Assembly: GCA_951406725.2 (NCBI GenBank)
Contig: OX597835.1
Span: 6,634,001 to 6,698,000, forward strand
Origin: Octopus vulgaris
Taxonomy: Eukaryota
Direction of reading: 5' to 3'
DNA: 64,000 nucleotides
The notes under the pieces were generated by a model, which was given only the letters and a program-made list of their open reading frames with translations, did no database searches and was not told the origin of the DNA. This document shows positions 1 to 12,689 of this stretch, piece by piece (the stretch's first letter is position 1; each line of letters begins with the position of its first letter). Made by a program: the position numbers and the translations under genes.

Positions 1-181
1 GTATTTCGTCTGGCATTACGTTCTGAGTTCAAATTCCGCCGAGGTCGACTTTACCTTTCATCCTTTCGGGGTCGATAAATTAAGTACCAGTTACGCACTG
101 GGGTCGATATAACCGACTTAATCCGTTTGTCTGTCCTTGTTTGTCCCCTCTATGTTTAACCCCTTGTGGGTAGTAAAGACA
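1..181 (+). mobile_element. SINE family B, 3' part (runs off the window start)
   Basis: Matches the copies at 4404, 18430 and 44375 (GAGTTCAAATTCCGCCGAGGTCGACTTT...CCCCTTGTGGGTAGTAAAGA); B-box-like GAGTTCAAATT. Confidence 0.85.
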
Positions 182-583
182 TAACCTCTGCCTTCTGAGT
201 ACTAATTGTGAAGCGAAAGTTGTCGCAGGAAGTGGTAAAACAGTTCATGCTCTGCTGCATTTGAGGCTCTGTGGTGGCGTTGAGTGCCAAGTCGTCGGTG
301 AACGGGAAGTTCACACTGAGTCCTCTTTCGCGTTGGTCGTGGCGTGTGGCCTGCTGGCTAAATAGTCTGCCATCTCTCCTGAATCTGATCTTGACGTCGG
401 TTTCGTCGTTGTTGCGGAAGGCTTCTGACAGCATGGTTGAGATCATCATGCTGAAAATCGTAGGTGCGTGTACACAGCCCTGCTTGACTCCATTAATGAC
501 TAGGAATGTGTCGGAAGAAACTCCACTGTCCAGCATCCGAGCAAGCATATCGCCGTGAAACTGATGCATCCTGTTGATGAATT
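182..583 (-). pseudogene. RTE-clade LINE reverse transcriptase fragment (inverted 5' segment)
   Basis: Translation QFINRMHQFHGDM...GVKQGCVHAPTIFSM...FTDDLAL...FTISTQKAEVM carries RTE RT motifs (GVKQGC, degraded ADD). Confidence 0.88.
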
Positions 584-1512
584 GAAGGTGAAATAAAGCA
601 GTTGTACTACTGCCTACGCTACTGAATGCCTCTGACACTTGGACGGTTTACGAACGCCACACCAAACGGCTAAACTGCTTTATACACGAACAGTTTGAGA
701 AAGATGTTGAAAATCACCTGGCAAGACATGGAAGCACTACGTCGGTTACGACGACGAGGGTTCCGGTTGATCCGATCAACGGAACAGCCTGCTCGTGAAA
801 TTAACGTGTAAGTGGCTGAGCACTCCACAGACACGTGTACCCTTAACGTAGTTCTCGGGGATATTAAGCGTGACACAGAGAGTGACAAGGCCGGCCCTTT
901 GAAATACAGGTACAACAGAAACAGGAAGTAAGAGTGAGAGAAAGTTGTGGTGAAAGAGTACAGCAGGGATCACCACCATCCCTTGCCGGAGCCTCGTGGA
1001 GCTTTAGGTGTTATCGCTCAATAAACACTCATTCTGGGAATCGAAACCGCGATCCTATGACCGCGAGTCCGCTGCCCTAACCACTGGGCCATTGCGCCTC
1101 CACGCTGGCAAGACAAAGGTCCCAGACACGGAGGTCCTCTCTTGAGCTGATCTGCCAAGCATATACACAATGCTGAGGAGAACGCAGGTGAGATGGACAG
1201 GTAACTTATTCGAATATCTGGCATACGTCTCTCCCAAGAGGTTGTTTCACAGCGGACTGGCGGATAGAAATCACACAGAACGGGCAGAATAAGCACTTCA
1301 AGCGCTCAAAAGTCTCACTGAAGAGTTTTTCAGATAACTCCGACACCTGGGAAAGGTACGAACAGAACTGCTCTGCATGGTGTAGCTGCACTAGCCGAAG
1401 TGCCACTTCCCGCTATCAGAACAGGATCGCACAACGTAAACGCGAGCTGCACAGGTCCAGAGCCAACTTCTTGCGCTCAATTTAAGCAGACCATCAGTGC
1501 CCGACCTGTAAT
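584..1512 (+). pseudogene. RTE-clade LINE 3' fragment (post-RT region to C-terminal Cys motif), interrupted by SINE C
   Basis: KAVVLLPTLLNASDTWTVYERHTKRLNC, LRKMLKITWQD | KVPDTEVL...SIYTMLRRTQVRWTG, and HQCPTCN near 1490-1510; contains frameshifts. Confidence 0.85.
729..1104 (-). mobile_element. tRNA-derived SINE family C, full length, with 11-bp target-site duplication
   Basis: Minus-strand tRNA-like head (TGGCCCAGTGG A-box, GGTTTCGATTCC B-box); CTGGCAAGACA repeated at 718-728 and 1105-1115. Confidence 0.9.
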
Positions 1513-1519
1513 ACACGCG

Positions 1520-1580
<61 letters not shown>

Positions 1581-1769
1581 ACACACATACACACGCACAC
1601 GCACACACACACACACACACACACATACACACACACACATACACGCACACACACACACATACACACATAAACACACACACATACACGCATACATACACAC
1701 ACATACACGCACACACACACACATACACACACATATACACACATACACACACATATACACGCACACACA

Positions 1770-1834
<65 letters not shown>
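1513..1834. repeat. (CA)n/(CACATA)n microsatellite
   Basis: Directly visible. Confidence 0.98.
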
Positions 1835-1836
<2 letters not shown>

Positions 1837-1839
1837 ATG

Positions 1840-1970
1840 GAAGATGATCTACTTGTTCGAGAGGTGTATCAGAGAGAGAGAGATGAAAATACCAAAATCT
1901 GGTAAGATGGAATTTGAGGCTGGTTGTGCAAGAACCATGGTTTTCTTGATGCTTACTGCGAGGCCAGAGC
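1840..1970 (-). pseudogene. RTE LINE fragment
   Basis: Minus strand reads GLAVSIKKTMVLAQP...DTPLEQVDHL, resembling the RTE region after the YADD motif. Confidence 0.6.
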
Positions 1971-1998
1971 CTTAGTTTTAATCCAGTGCACGACCGAT

Positions 1999-2214
1999 CT
2001 CTTTTACTCTTTTACTCTTTTACTTGTTTCAGTCATTTGACTGCGGTCATGCTGGAGCACCGCCTTTAGTCGAGCAAATCGCCCCCAGGACTTATTCTTT
2101 TTGTAAGCCCAGTACTTATTCTATCGGTCTCTTTTGCCGAACCGCTAAGTGACGGGGACGTAAACACACAAGCATCGGTTGTCAAGCAATGCTAGGGGGA
2201 CAAACACAGACACA

Positions 2215-2310
<96 letters not shown>

Positions 2311-2464
2311 CATATATACGACAGGCTTCTTTCAGTTTCCGTCTACCAAATCCACTCACAAGGCATTGGTCGGCCCAGGGCTATAGCAGAAGACACTTGC
2401 CCAAGATGCCACGCAGTGGGACTGAACCCGGAACCATGTGGTTGGTTAGCAAGCTACTTACCAC
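1999..2464 (-). mobile_element. tRNA-derived SINE family A (internal TA/TG microsatellite, (TAAAAGAG)n tail)
   Basis: Reverse complement of the 3595-4010 copy; extreme 5' end missing. Confidence 0.92.
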
Positions 2465-2479
2465 GCAGCGGAGAAAATT

Positions 2480-2600
2480 ATTCGCGACACAATCACAGAA
2501 ATAGCAAATCCTCACAGAAATCATCCGCTCCAAGTCGAAAAACCAGGATTGGTTCGATGAAATCAATATTGAAATCAATAACCTGATTGAAGCAAAAGAA
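2480..2600 (+). pseudogene. RTE LINE fragment
   Basis: KNQDWFDEINIEINNLIEAK resembles the RTE linker motif KHQDWFDEND. Confidence 0.6.
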
Positions 2601-2682
2601 AATGATCGTACATCTCGTAAAATGATCGTACATCTCTCTCTCACTCTCTCTCTTTCTCCATCTACCTACCTTTGCCTGCCTG

Positions 2683-2684
<2 letters not shown>

Positions 2685-2751
<67 letters not shown>

Positions 2752-2791
2752 ATGTCTGTCTGTCTGTCTGTCTATCTGTCTAACTATCCAG

Positions 2792-2868
<77 letters not shown>
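2685..2868. repeat. (TCTA)n/(TCTG)n microsatellite
   Basis: Directly visible. Confidence 0.97.
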
Positions 2869-2869
<1 letters not shown>

Positions 2870-3594
2870 GTCTTTCTCTTTGTCTCTCTGATTCTATATG
2901 TATCTACCTGTCAGTCCATCTATCTGTTTGTCTGTCTGCCTGCCTCTATCTATCTGTCTATCTATCTCTCTATCGATCTATCTCTCTATCGATCTCTCTG
3001 TCTATCTTACTCTCTCCGTCTATTCATCCCATCCTTCGATCTATTCTCCTTCTCTTCCTCTCTCCTCTACTCTCTTATACACTGACTCTTACGCACATTA
3101 TACTCTATCTCTGTCTCAATCTTTCTATCTGTCTATCAGTCTGTCTCTCTCTCTCTCTCACGCCTCTCTCTCTCTCTAATATTACACCTCATCCTACACA
3201 CATCAAATGCAACATCAGAGATAACTCCCGACGTCCTCTCCCCCAGTACTTTCCCATCTCGACACTGTTCACATCGGTATTTAGGTCACAGTTAAACGAT
3301 TGCAGGTGACACCATCATTTAACTACAAGGAATACTTCTCTTAGTAACTGTGACGCCATACTCTTGTAGTCTACCAAAATAGATACTGGCATGGATTATC
3401 TCAGTTGATATTAAAAAAGAACACAGACATCTTCGATGTTCTATTTTCTACGCATTTTATATATTCTATTTCTTATTTTGCTTCCTTTTCCCGAATTAGT
3501 CGGTTCAAGGCCGTTTAATGTCTAGGCCAGCCGTAGCGAAGGTTGATTCGTTTAAACATTGTTACAAATATATATCCAAATATACAAATAAATA

Positions 3595-4010
3595 GGCGCA
3601 GGAGTGGCTGTGTGGTAAGTAGCTTGCTAATCAACCTCATGGTTCCGGGTGGTTCAGTCCCACTGCGTGGCACCTTGGGAAAGTGTCTTCTGCTATAGCC
3701 CCGGGCCGACCAATGACTTGTGAGTGGATTTGGTAGACGGAAACTGAAAGAAGCCTGTCGTATATATGTATATATATATATGTATGTGTGTGTTAGTGTG
3801 TCTGTGTTTGTCCCCCTAGCATTGCTTGACAACCGATGCTGGTGTGTTTACGTCCCCGTCACTTAGCGGTTCGGCAAAAAGAGACCGATAGAATAAGTAC
3901 TGGGCTTACAAAGAATAAGTCCCGGGGTCGATTTGTTCGACTAAAGGCGGTGCTCCAGCATGGCCGCAGTCAAATGACTGAAACAAATAAAAGAGTAAAG
4001 AGTAAAGAGA
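3595..4010 (+). mobile_element. SINE family A, full length
   Basis: GGCGCAGGAGTGGCTGTGTGGTAAG head, GGTTCAGTCCC B-box, CORE-like CCTTGGGAAAGTGTCTTCT, internal microsatellite, AAGAGTAAAG tail. Confidence 0.93.
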
Positions 4011-4403
4011 GTATCCTGTTGAATATCAAGTTAACTCCTTCACTGGTTACTGTTGCATGCTAAGGATTTTGTATTTAATGTAATAACAAAATGTGGCGAT
4101 TATTTCAAATGGAGTTCCAGCGCGGTAGATGCATTTTATATTTCCAAACACGTATGTAACCCTTTCATATGCTGCCGACAGCTCGATGCTATACCTGAGT
4201 GTTTTTTCTTTTTTTTTAAATAATCTGTACAGAAATGGCCACGCGAGGAGTTTTATCAGGTTTTCTTTGATTGAAAGACAGAATTATCTGTAAAAGATGT
4301 AGAAGGTTAAAGATTAGTTTATGGTAAGAAGGAGTTATTGAGGGAGGGAATTCTAGCGAGGAAGAATGGCAAAAAAAAAAAAAAAAAAAAAAAATTAAAA
4401 TAT

Positions 4404-4670
4404 TGGCAGAAACATTAGCGCCGGGCGAAATGCTTTGTGGTATTTCGTCCGCCGCTGCGTTCTGAGTTCAAATTCCGCCGACGTCGACTTTGCCTTTCAT
4501 CCTTTCGGGGTCGATAGATTAAGTACCAGTTACGCACTGGGTTCGATGTAATCGACTTAATACCTATGTCTGTCCTTGTTTGTCCCCTCTGTGTTTAGCC
4601 CCTTGTGGGTAGTAAAGAAATAGGTATTTCGTCTGTCTTTATGTTCTGAGTTCCAATTCCGCCGACGTTC
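4404..4670 (+). mobile_element. SINE family B with partial internal duplication after the tail
   Basis: Matches the 18430 copy; the tail AGAAATA is followed by a restart at GGTATTTCGTCTG. Confidence 0.85.
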
Positions 4671-4677
4671 CCTTTTA

Positions 4678-4839
4678 GGCGTAAGAATGACTGTGTGGTA
4701 AGTAAGTTGCTTACGAACCACATGGTTCCCGGTTCAGTCCCACTGCGTGGCACCTTTGGCAAGTGTCTTCTACTATAGCCTCGGACCGACCAAAGCCTTG
4801 TGAGTGGATTTGGTAGACGGAAAATGAAAGAAGCCCGTC

Positions 4840-4842
<3 letters not shown>
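4678..4842 (+). mobile_element. SINE family A, 5' half
   Basis: Head through GAAGCCCGTCG, then (TA)n. Confidence 0.85.
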
Positions 4843-4889
<47 letters not shown>

Positions 4890-4890
<1 letters not shown>

Positions 4891-4988
4891 GAGCTCTTCG
4901 TCGGAAATATAGGAGAAGGAAAGATCCAGAGAAGGGAAGACAGGGAAAAAATCGCCATTGGTACACACGCGGTCACATTTTGAATGGG
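4890..4988 (-). mobile_element. Fragment of (TA)n-embedded element family H2
   Basis: GGAGCTCTTCGTCGGAAA...GGGAAGAC shared with 10581-10768; flanked by (TA)n. Confidence 0.7.
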
Positions 4989-5013
4989 TATATATATATA
5001 TATATATATACCC

Positions 5014-5136
<123 letters not shown>

Positions 5137-5551
5137 ACAGTGTAATATCTTTCCGATATGTAATGTATATAAATCGTGTACCTGCTGCTGAGGTGTCGTT
5201 GTTGCTATTACCGTTGTTACTGTTGTAAGTGCTGTTATGCATCTGTCAATTCCAATTCCCGTCTCCAAATGCCGTGCTGGACTGCGGTAATGGCCTCTAT
5301 TAGATAGAACAGCTTCTATCGAAAAATCTCATTGCTTCTCAAACTAAATATCTTCCAGTTAAGCACACAACTATTAACAGCTCCAAGAAAAATGGCAACG
5401 GTTATTGCATATAAGCTCGGTAACTGTTTTAAGCCTGCGACTATTAATATTAGTAATGACACACACACACACACATTTGAGTATGTGTGTGTATATATGT
5501 GTGCATGTGTATATATATATGTGTATGTGTGTACATATATAAATATGTATA

Positions 5552-5593
<42 letters not shown>

Positions 5594-5651
5594 TGTATAT
5601 ATATATATATATATGTTTTTATATATATATGTATACATATGTGAGTGTATA

Positions 5652-5708
<57 letters not shown>

Positions 5709-5753
5709 ATATATATATATGTATGTATATACAAACACATACACACACACATA

Positions 5754-5970
5754 CTTTTATTCCTTTATTTGTTTTAGTCATTTGACTGCGGCTATGCTGG
5801 AGCACCGCCTTGAAGTGTTTTCGTCGAACAATTCGACACCAGGTCTTATTTTTAAGCTCAGTACTTATTCTATCGGTCTCTTTGCCGAACCACTACGTTA
5901 CGGGGACGTAAACACACCAACACCGGTTGTCAAGCGATGAGGGGGGAGACAAACACAGACACATACACAC
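5754..5970 (-). mobile_element. SINE family A, diverged 3' half
   Basis: GTCATTTGACTGCGG...AGTACTTATTCTATCGGTCTC...GTTGTCAAGC. Confidence 0.85.
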
Positions 5971-6435
5971 ATATATCTCTCACGCCTTCGCTCCAGGGAG
6001 TAAAGCTGCAGTTTTCTCAGCCTATCCCTGCAGCTCTTCCGCTCCACAATTTCAATGTTTGTAGTGTAGTGGCGCTGAACTGCTTCAAGCTCCGTTGTTA
6101 GTTTGGCACTATGTGGTGACCATAACTGGGAGCAGTCGTCCAGGCGGCTAAGAGCAAAGGTTCTCCATAGGGTCAACATAGTTTCTTGGGCTCTTGTATA
6201 CAAGGTGGACTTCAGTATCCATCTTGCCAGTTGTCTACACTTTCCTGCCATCTTGGTAATGTGCATATAAAATAATGGGTCATTGCACATACCGATCACC
6301 TGTGACTTTGGTATTGCAGTGCCTTCGGTTCCTGTATATGCAGGCTGAGGTGCATTCGTGAGCTGATAGTGCAGTGCTTGAAATTTTCCAGCATTAAGCT
6401 GCATGGTGTTTATTTCGGCCCACTTGTATAAAGAA

Positions 6436-6807
6436 CTAGCAGTATCGCCCGGCGTTGCTCGGGTTTGTAAGGGAAATAACTATAAAGCATTTTTAGAGAG
6501 TTATAGCCAAAAAATGGAAAAAAAATTATGGTAAATTTTTTTTTTAGTTAAAAAGGTCGAGTTGTGTCCCCTAGACAGTCTGTGGTTTGTATTTCTGATT
6601 CTCGACCCCATGTCGAATTTATCGATTTTTTTCAGAACTGGGGGAACGTTTCAAAATTTTCGCTGCGTTAGTTTTGAATTATGACATTGGGCTATGTGTG
6701 TGTCAAGTTTCATCAGAATCGGTTGAAAGCCGTGGTCAGGGTGAGGGTACAACCTGACAGACACACAGAAACACACACAGACAAACTGCCGTTTATATAT
6801 AGAGAGA
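6436..6807 (-). mobile_element. Non-autonomous Helitron
   Basis: Minus strand starts with TC and ends with CTAG, has subterminal hairpin CCCGAGCAACGCCGGG, and sits in an A|T site with no TSD; removing it restores the CR1 frame; second copy at 63101. Confidence 0.9.
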
Positions 6808-6889
6808 TTCAGGTCTTGCTGCAAGCTTGCGACGTCATCTTGTTTTTTTTCTTTTTGCCTATGATAATTATGTATCACCGGCATATATA

Positions 6890-7054
6890 GGCGCAGGAGT
6901 GGCTGTGTGGTAAGTAGCTTGCTAACCAACCACATGGTTCCGGGTTCAGTCCCACTGCGTGGCATTTTGGGCAAGTGTCTTCTGCTATAGCCCCGGGCCG
7001 ACCAATGCCTTGTGAGTGGATTTGGTACACGGAAACTGAAAGAAGCCTGTCGTA

Positions 7055-7103
<49 letters not shown>

Positions 7104-7196
7104 ATGTGTGTGTGTTTGTTCCCCTGTCGGTCGTATATGTGTGTGTATGTGTATGTGTGTGTGTATGTGTGTGTTTGTTCCCCTGACGTATATATG

Positions 7197-7229
<33 letters not shown>

Positions 7230-7446
7230 GTTTGTGTGTATGTGTTTGTCCGCCTTGCATTGCTTGACAACCGAGGCTGGTGTGTTTACGTCCCCGTCAC
7301 CTAGCGGTTCGGCAAAAGAGACCGATAAAATAAGTACTGGGCTTACAAAGAATAAGTCCCGGGGTCGATTTGCTCGACTAAAGGCGGTGCTCCAGCATGG
7401 CCGCAGTCAAATGACTGAAACAAGTAAAAGAGTAAAAGAGAGTAAA
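6890..7446 (+). mobile_element. SINE family A, full length, with expanded internal microsatellite
   Basis: Head, body and tail match the 3595 copy; GTTTGTTCCCCTG duplicated inside the repeat tract. Confidence 0.92.
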
Positions 7447-7457
7447 TAGTTAGTAGC

Positions 7458-7745
7458 GTGGAGTGAAAATAAAAGGTTGTAAAAATTGAAAATGCTTGAG
7501 ATCTAAAACGTTGCTATGTTTGATTACTAGAAAAATATTAAATTTTTGCTGAGATCAATCAAGGGCATTTACTCCCTCAAGCCACCTAAACTCGGAAAAT
7601 GGGGAATTTTTGTAAATTTTTTTACAATAGCGGAGTTTGTGGGGTTTGAGGGAGTAAATGCCTTTGACCGATCTAAGCAAAAATTTAGCATTTTTCTACT
7701 AGTAATATATAGCAAAATTTTAGACCTCAGGCATTTTCACTCCAC
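7458..7745. mobile_element. Foldback MITE (imperfect inverted arms of roughly 115-135 bp)
   Basis: GTGGAGTGAAAAT...GGCATTTACTCCCTCAA is mirrored by TTGAGGGAGTAAATGCC...ATTTTCACTCCAC; right end followed by CTTAA. Confidence 0.8.
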
Positions 7746-7927
7746 CTTAATAGCTAGTGACAGGGGGCATGTCTAAGAGGGCCATTATGGACAGTAATGA
7801 CCACAGGGCAGTTCCCCGAGGAACGCCACTTAGGATTTGAGTTTCTTCAGAAAGGGCACCATTAGCAGCAACTACCTGACTTCTGTCTTTAAGGAAGTCA
7901 TGCAGCCACTCTCCCAGTTTACCAACA

Positions 7928-8024
<97 letters not shown>

Positions 8025-8167
8025 TCGTAACCACTTCAACATGGCTACGAATATTACTTGATAGCACAACTACTGCGTTGATCCCTTAGAGGGATTTTAG
8101 AATTAGTATTTTTGCTTATATATATACATATACATTTATATATACATACATATATATATATACATAC

Positions 8168-8219
<52 letters not shown>

Positions 8220-8368
8220 TATATATATATGATTTTGATTTTGATTTTTCCAGTTTCAGCTCATGAGCTGTGGCCATGCTGATATATATATTTATACATA
8301 TATATTTATATGCATATATTCATATATATTTGTATATACATATATATATTTATATATATATATTTATA

Positions 8369-8433
<65 letters not shown>

Positions 8434-9300
8434 TTATATTTGTGTGTATATTTAACTTTCATCATCCAAAGTTAATGTCAAACTATTTTTAAGTAAACAA
8501 AAAAAAAGAAACGAAATGAAATGCTTATATATTAAGTGCAGACTATAAAACGCAGAGCAATGGACATGATTGGCCAAGTTAATTTCAAAGTGGCCACTCC
8601 TTGCTAAGGCAGAATATATTTACAAAGACAATCATTTCGCTACGTCCAAGGGGCAATATGTCGATGATTCGACACCGACTGAACTACGATCTAACTGCAG
8701 TCACATGGGAGATGTCTGTCAACACTGATTAAGACACGAAGAAAGCTAAAAAAAACACAAAAACTGTCTTAATTCAACAAGGAGAAACTGGAAGGAAAAT
8801 GTTGGTGTTCTGATAAACATGTTGATCTCTTCTGAGCCAAACAGTGCCTGGAAGAAGGTGATGGTGGAGAACGGTCAAAGTAGAAGGATATTAGAATTGA
8901 AAAAAAAAAAAAAACAAAAAAAAAAAAAAGAACCCAGATAGCTTCCTGATGGAGTCCACGCGAAAGTGTTCGGATGTTTCTAGTAAAAATTTGTCAGTTT
9001 TTCGATAAACTCTGCCGAGTTATTCATTTTTTCCCCCTCACTTTTTGAAATAAGAGAGATATCTTAAGGACACCCTATATATTTTAATCACGTCAACTAT
9101 ATAACGTCCTTCACTAAAGTCATCAGTCAGTGGGGGGGCAGTCTACTCGTTCTTCTTTGACAAAAGGAAGGCAACGAGTCTGATCTTCACGCTAGCTTAG
9201 ATTCCAAAGACCGCGGAATCCGTTCTAGATGGAGTTAACAAACTGTCCTCTTGCAGAAACACTCTGGAAACCAGCAACGTACGGGCAATGAACAAGTCGG

Positions 9301-9597
9301 TACACCACCACCACTACCACCACCACCACCAAAACCACTGTCGCCGCCACCGTCACCGCCGCCGCGGCCACCACCGTCGTGGGCACCGCCACCGCTACCG
9401 TCGCCGCTGTCAACGCCGCCGCCGCCGTCCGCCGCCGCCGCCGCCACCACCACCACCACCACCACCACCACCACCACCAGTACCATTACTGTCATCACCA
9501 CTACAGTCGCAGCCCTCACTATTACCAACAACAGCAGCACCACCACCACCACCACCACCACCACCACCACAACTACCAGAACCACCAGAGCCACCAT

Positions 9598-9661
<64 letters not shown>

Positions 9662-9830
9662 GTTCTAAGAGCAGCATTACAGTCGTCACCACCACCACCA
9701 TCACCACCACCACTACCACCACCACTACCATCATTACCCGACACTTCCAGGGCCATCAGGGCCACAGCTGTCACCAGCAGTAGCAGCATCCAAAGAACCA
9801 CCACCACCACCACCACCACCCCCACCAGGC
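9301..9830. repeat. Compound (CAC)n/(CGC)n/(TAC)n trinucleotide tract
   Basis: Directly visible. Confidence 0.95.
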
Positions 9831-10081
9831 ACCCTCCACTACAAGGAGCATCCGCCCTCGACTCCCACCCCTTTCCTTTCCCCACTCACCCCTATTTTCT
9901 TGCCAGTCATCCCCTTTACTCTGAAAGTTAATTACCAGCAGAGGTATTTCCCTGACGTTGCATAATATCGTGACTTTAACACAGATGTGTAGATACACAC
10001 ACACGAACACACACATTCGCACACGCACACACACATACTAGCCTGTACGTATGCGTATAGAGTGCGTACACATATGTATGC

Positions 10082-10122
<41 letters not shown>

Positions 10123-10204
10123 TATATATATCTGTATATATATACATACATATGACACAAACACTTAACATTCATCCATATGTGTGTATATATGTGTATG
10201 GGTG

Positions 10205-10284
<80 letters not shown>

Positions 10285-10306
10285 TGTATATAGTTATATG
10301 TGTATA

Positions 10307-10343
<37 letters not shown>

Positions 10344-10439
10344 CTGTGTATATGAATATATATATATATACATACATACATATACACACATATATGTATA
10401 TAGTTATATGTGTGTATATATATGTATATATATATATAC

Positions 10440-10491
<52 letters not shown>

Positions 10492-10536
10492 GTGTGTGTT
10501 TTATATATGTATATATATATTTGTGTGTGTATTTTA

Positions 10537-10580
<44 letters not shown>

Positions 10581-10584
<4 letters not shown>

Positions 10585-10768
10585 ATCCAAACATGAACAA
10601 AGAGAAAACACAACAACGCGAGGACGTGGAACAAGTATAGTGTCATTGGACGCTCAGAAAAGGAAAGAAAGAAGGAGGATTTAACGTTTCGAGCGGAGCT
10701 CTTCGTCGGAAACATAGAAAAAGGAGAGGTCCAAGGAAGGGAAGACGGAGAAAGAAAATGGCCAATGA
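10581..10768 (-). mobile_element. (TA)n-embedded short element H2 with hammerhead-like motif (Penelope-like terminal repeat)
   Basis: Flanked by (TA)n; minus strand of 10649-10709 reads CCGACGA-A-GAGC/TCC/GCTC-GAAACGTT...AGCGTC. Confidence 0.7.
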
Positions 10769-10874
10769 TATACATATATATATATATATATATACGCTTC
10801 TATATACATTACCATTTATAGATTTATAGTATGTGCGTTGCTATATTACATATATGAGTGTATATATAAGTATA

Positions 10875-10936
<62 letters not shown>

Positions 10937-10940
10937 TATA

Positions 10941-10979
<39 letters not shown>

Positions 10980-11330
10980 TTTTGCCACAACTTTCTCTCA
11001 CTCTTTCTTCTGTTGTATATATATATATATATATATATGGCCACTCGCCAGAAAGGCCTTTAGATTTGATGATACGCCATAAAGTCAAGCTATTTATAGA
11101 CGTGAAACCTGAGGTGATCCCATAAACACACACACATATCTATATATATGTATGCATGTACATATCTGTTACGCGTGCGTGTGTGTATATGATGGGGTTC
11201 CACAAAGCTTTCGTCTACCAACCAGTTCACAAGTCACTGGTCGAGCCCGCGCTATAGAAGGAGGTATATGATATTGAACCTGGAACCACATCCTTTCAAG
11301 CCGAACCTCTTACATACATACATACATACA

Positions 11331-11697
11331 CAGAGACAAGAAGCTGTGTACAGTTGTGAAAATCAGCTGCCCAGCGGATATTGACATAAAGAATACTTAT
11401 GCTGAACTATTGAGAAATCTTCAATTAGTCTATCCAGATTACAAGTTGAGGTTTATAGCTGTAATTAATGGGGCTCTGTGATATGTAGCACAGTACCTAA
11501 ATACTAATCTTGAAAAATTAGGCTTCCCAAAACCAGAAAGAGCTGGTTCGAAAACTACAGATCCAAGCCGTCAATGGAACTGTAAGAATCTGTAAAACTT
11601 TCCAGAGGTTTATCATTGAAGTATATAAGAGCATGTCTAGATATGCAACTATATGCATGAGAATACTTACATAAAACAAAACGCACAAATCTGCACA
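11331..11697 (+). pseudogene. R4/NeSL-type (restriction-like endonuclease, RLE) non-LTR 3' fragment between (CATA)n tracts
   Basis: DKKLCTVVKISCPAD...YAELLRNLQLVYPDYKLRFIAVINGAL...NLEKLGF...GTVRICKTF; related copies at 32465 and 54494. Confidence 0.75.
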
Positions 11698-11811
11698 TAT
11701 ACATACATACATACATACATACATACATACATACATACATACATGCATACATACATACATACATACATACATACATGCATGCATACATACATACATACAT
11801 ACATACATACA

Positions 11812-11845
<34 letters not shown>

Positions 11846-12000
11846 CACACACACATACATACATTCATACATACATACATACATACATACATACATACAT
11901 ACATACATACATACATACATACACATACATACATACATACATGCACACACACATACATACATATATACATACATACATACATACATACATACATGCATAT
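11698..12000. repeat. (CATA)n microsatellite
   Basis: Directly visible. Confidence 0.97.
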
Positions 12001-12038
12001 ATGTGTATATCTATGTACTGTACACACACAAGCTGAAT

Positions 12039-12069
<31 letters not shown>

Positions 12070-12689
12070 CCTCTCTCTCACACACACGCATGCGCATGCA
12101 TACGGTTGCCTCTATTCATCCAGATGTTGCCAGTCTTCACTTCTTTGTTTTTTTTTTATTGTTTTCACCCCAAAAACAATTTACTGTTTGTCGTTTTTTC
12201 GTTACATTTTCAAATTTAACTTTTGGGTTTGTCGAATCATTTGTTTTGTTAAAAGTTCATCTTTCTTTGGAAGACATAATGACTCACAGAAACGTAGTTT
12301 GTAATAATGTCTATTTCTGTTCTATGTGTTCGCTATTTGGGTTAGTTCCAGCTCTCTCTCTCTCTCTCTCTCTCTCTCGTTCATCTCCTCCCTCATCAGT
12401 CACCGCCGTCACCCACCGCCATCATCCATCCATCCATCAATCCGTCTCCGCTAACGTCACCGCTACAGACGTCGGTTCCACATTATTATTTGTGTGTTGT
12501 ATTTTATTTTCTAATGTAGTCCTCAAAGCCTTGGACTCTTGTTGCCAATGAAATCCTCCTCCCACACCTCATTATTCTCATCGTAATCATCATCATTGTC
12601 ATCATCATTATTTTTATTATTGGTTTGCGGCAGGCTGACAGAACCGCTGGACGAAATGCTTAGCGGTATTTTGTCTGCCGTTACGCTCC

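Larger units (their letters stand above)
5975..7932 (-). pseudogene. CR1/L2-group LINE ORF2 relic with three nested insertions
   Basis: [21 protein letters not shown]...SGVPRGTAL (7755-7932); DDVASLQQDLN|SLYKWAEINTMQLNAGKFQ; TLWRTFALSRLDDCSQLWSP...LEAVQRHYT...DRLRKLQLYSLERRRER. Confidence 0.9.

Noticed and set aside
271-558. 95-aa plus-strand ORF
   Set aside because: Antisense shadow of the RTE RT fragment
1030-1104. tRNA gene candidates (also 22760-22832 and the SINE A/B heads)
   Set aside because: They are SINE heads continuous with repeat bodies; no complete cloverleaf with terminator
9251-9931. Pro/Thr-rich mucin- or extensin-like ORF (also 31255-31899)
   Set aside because: Pure trinucleotide expansion, open in several frames, with no exon boundaries
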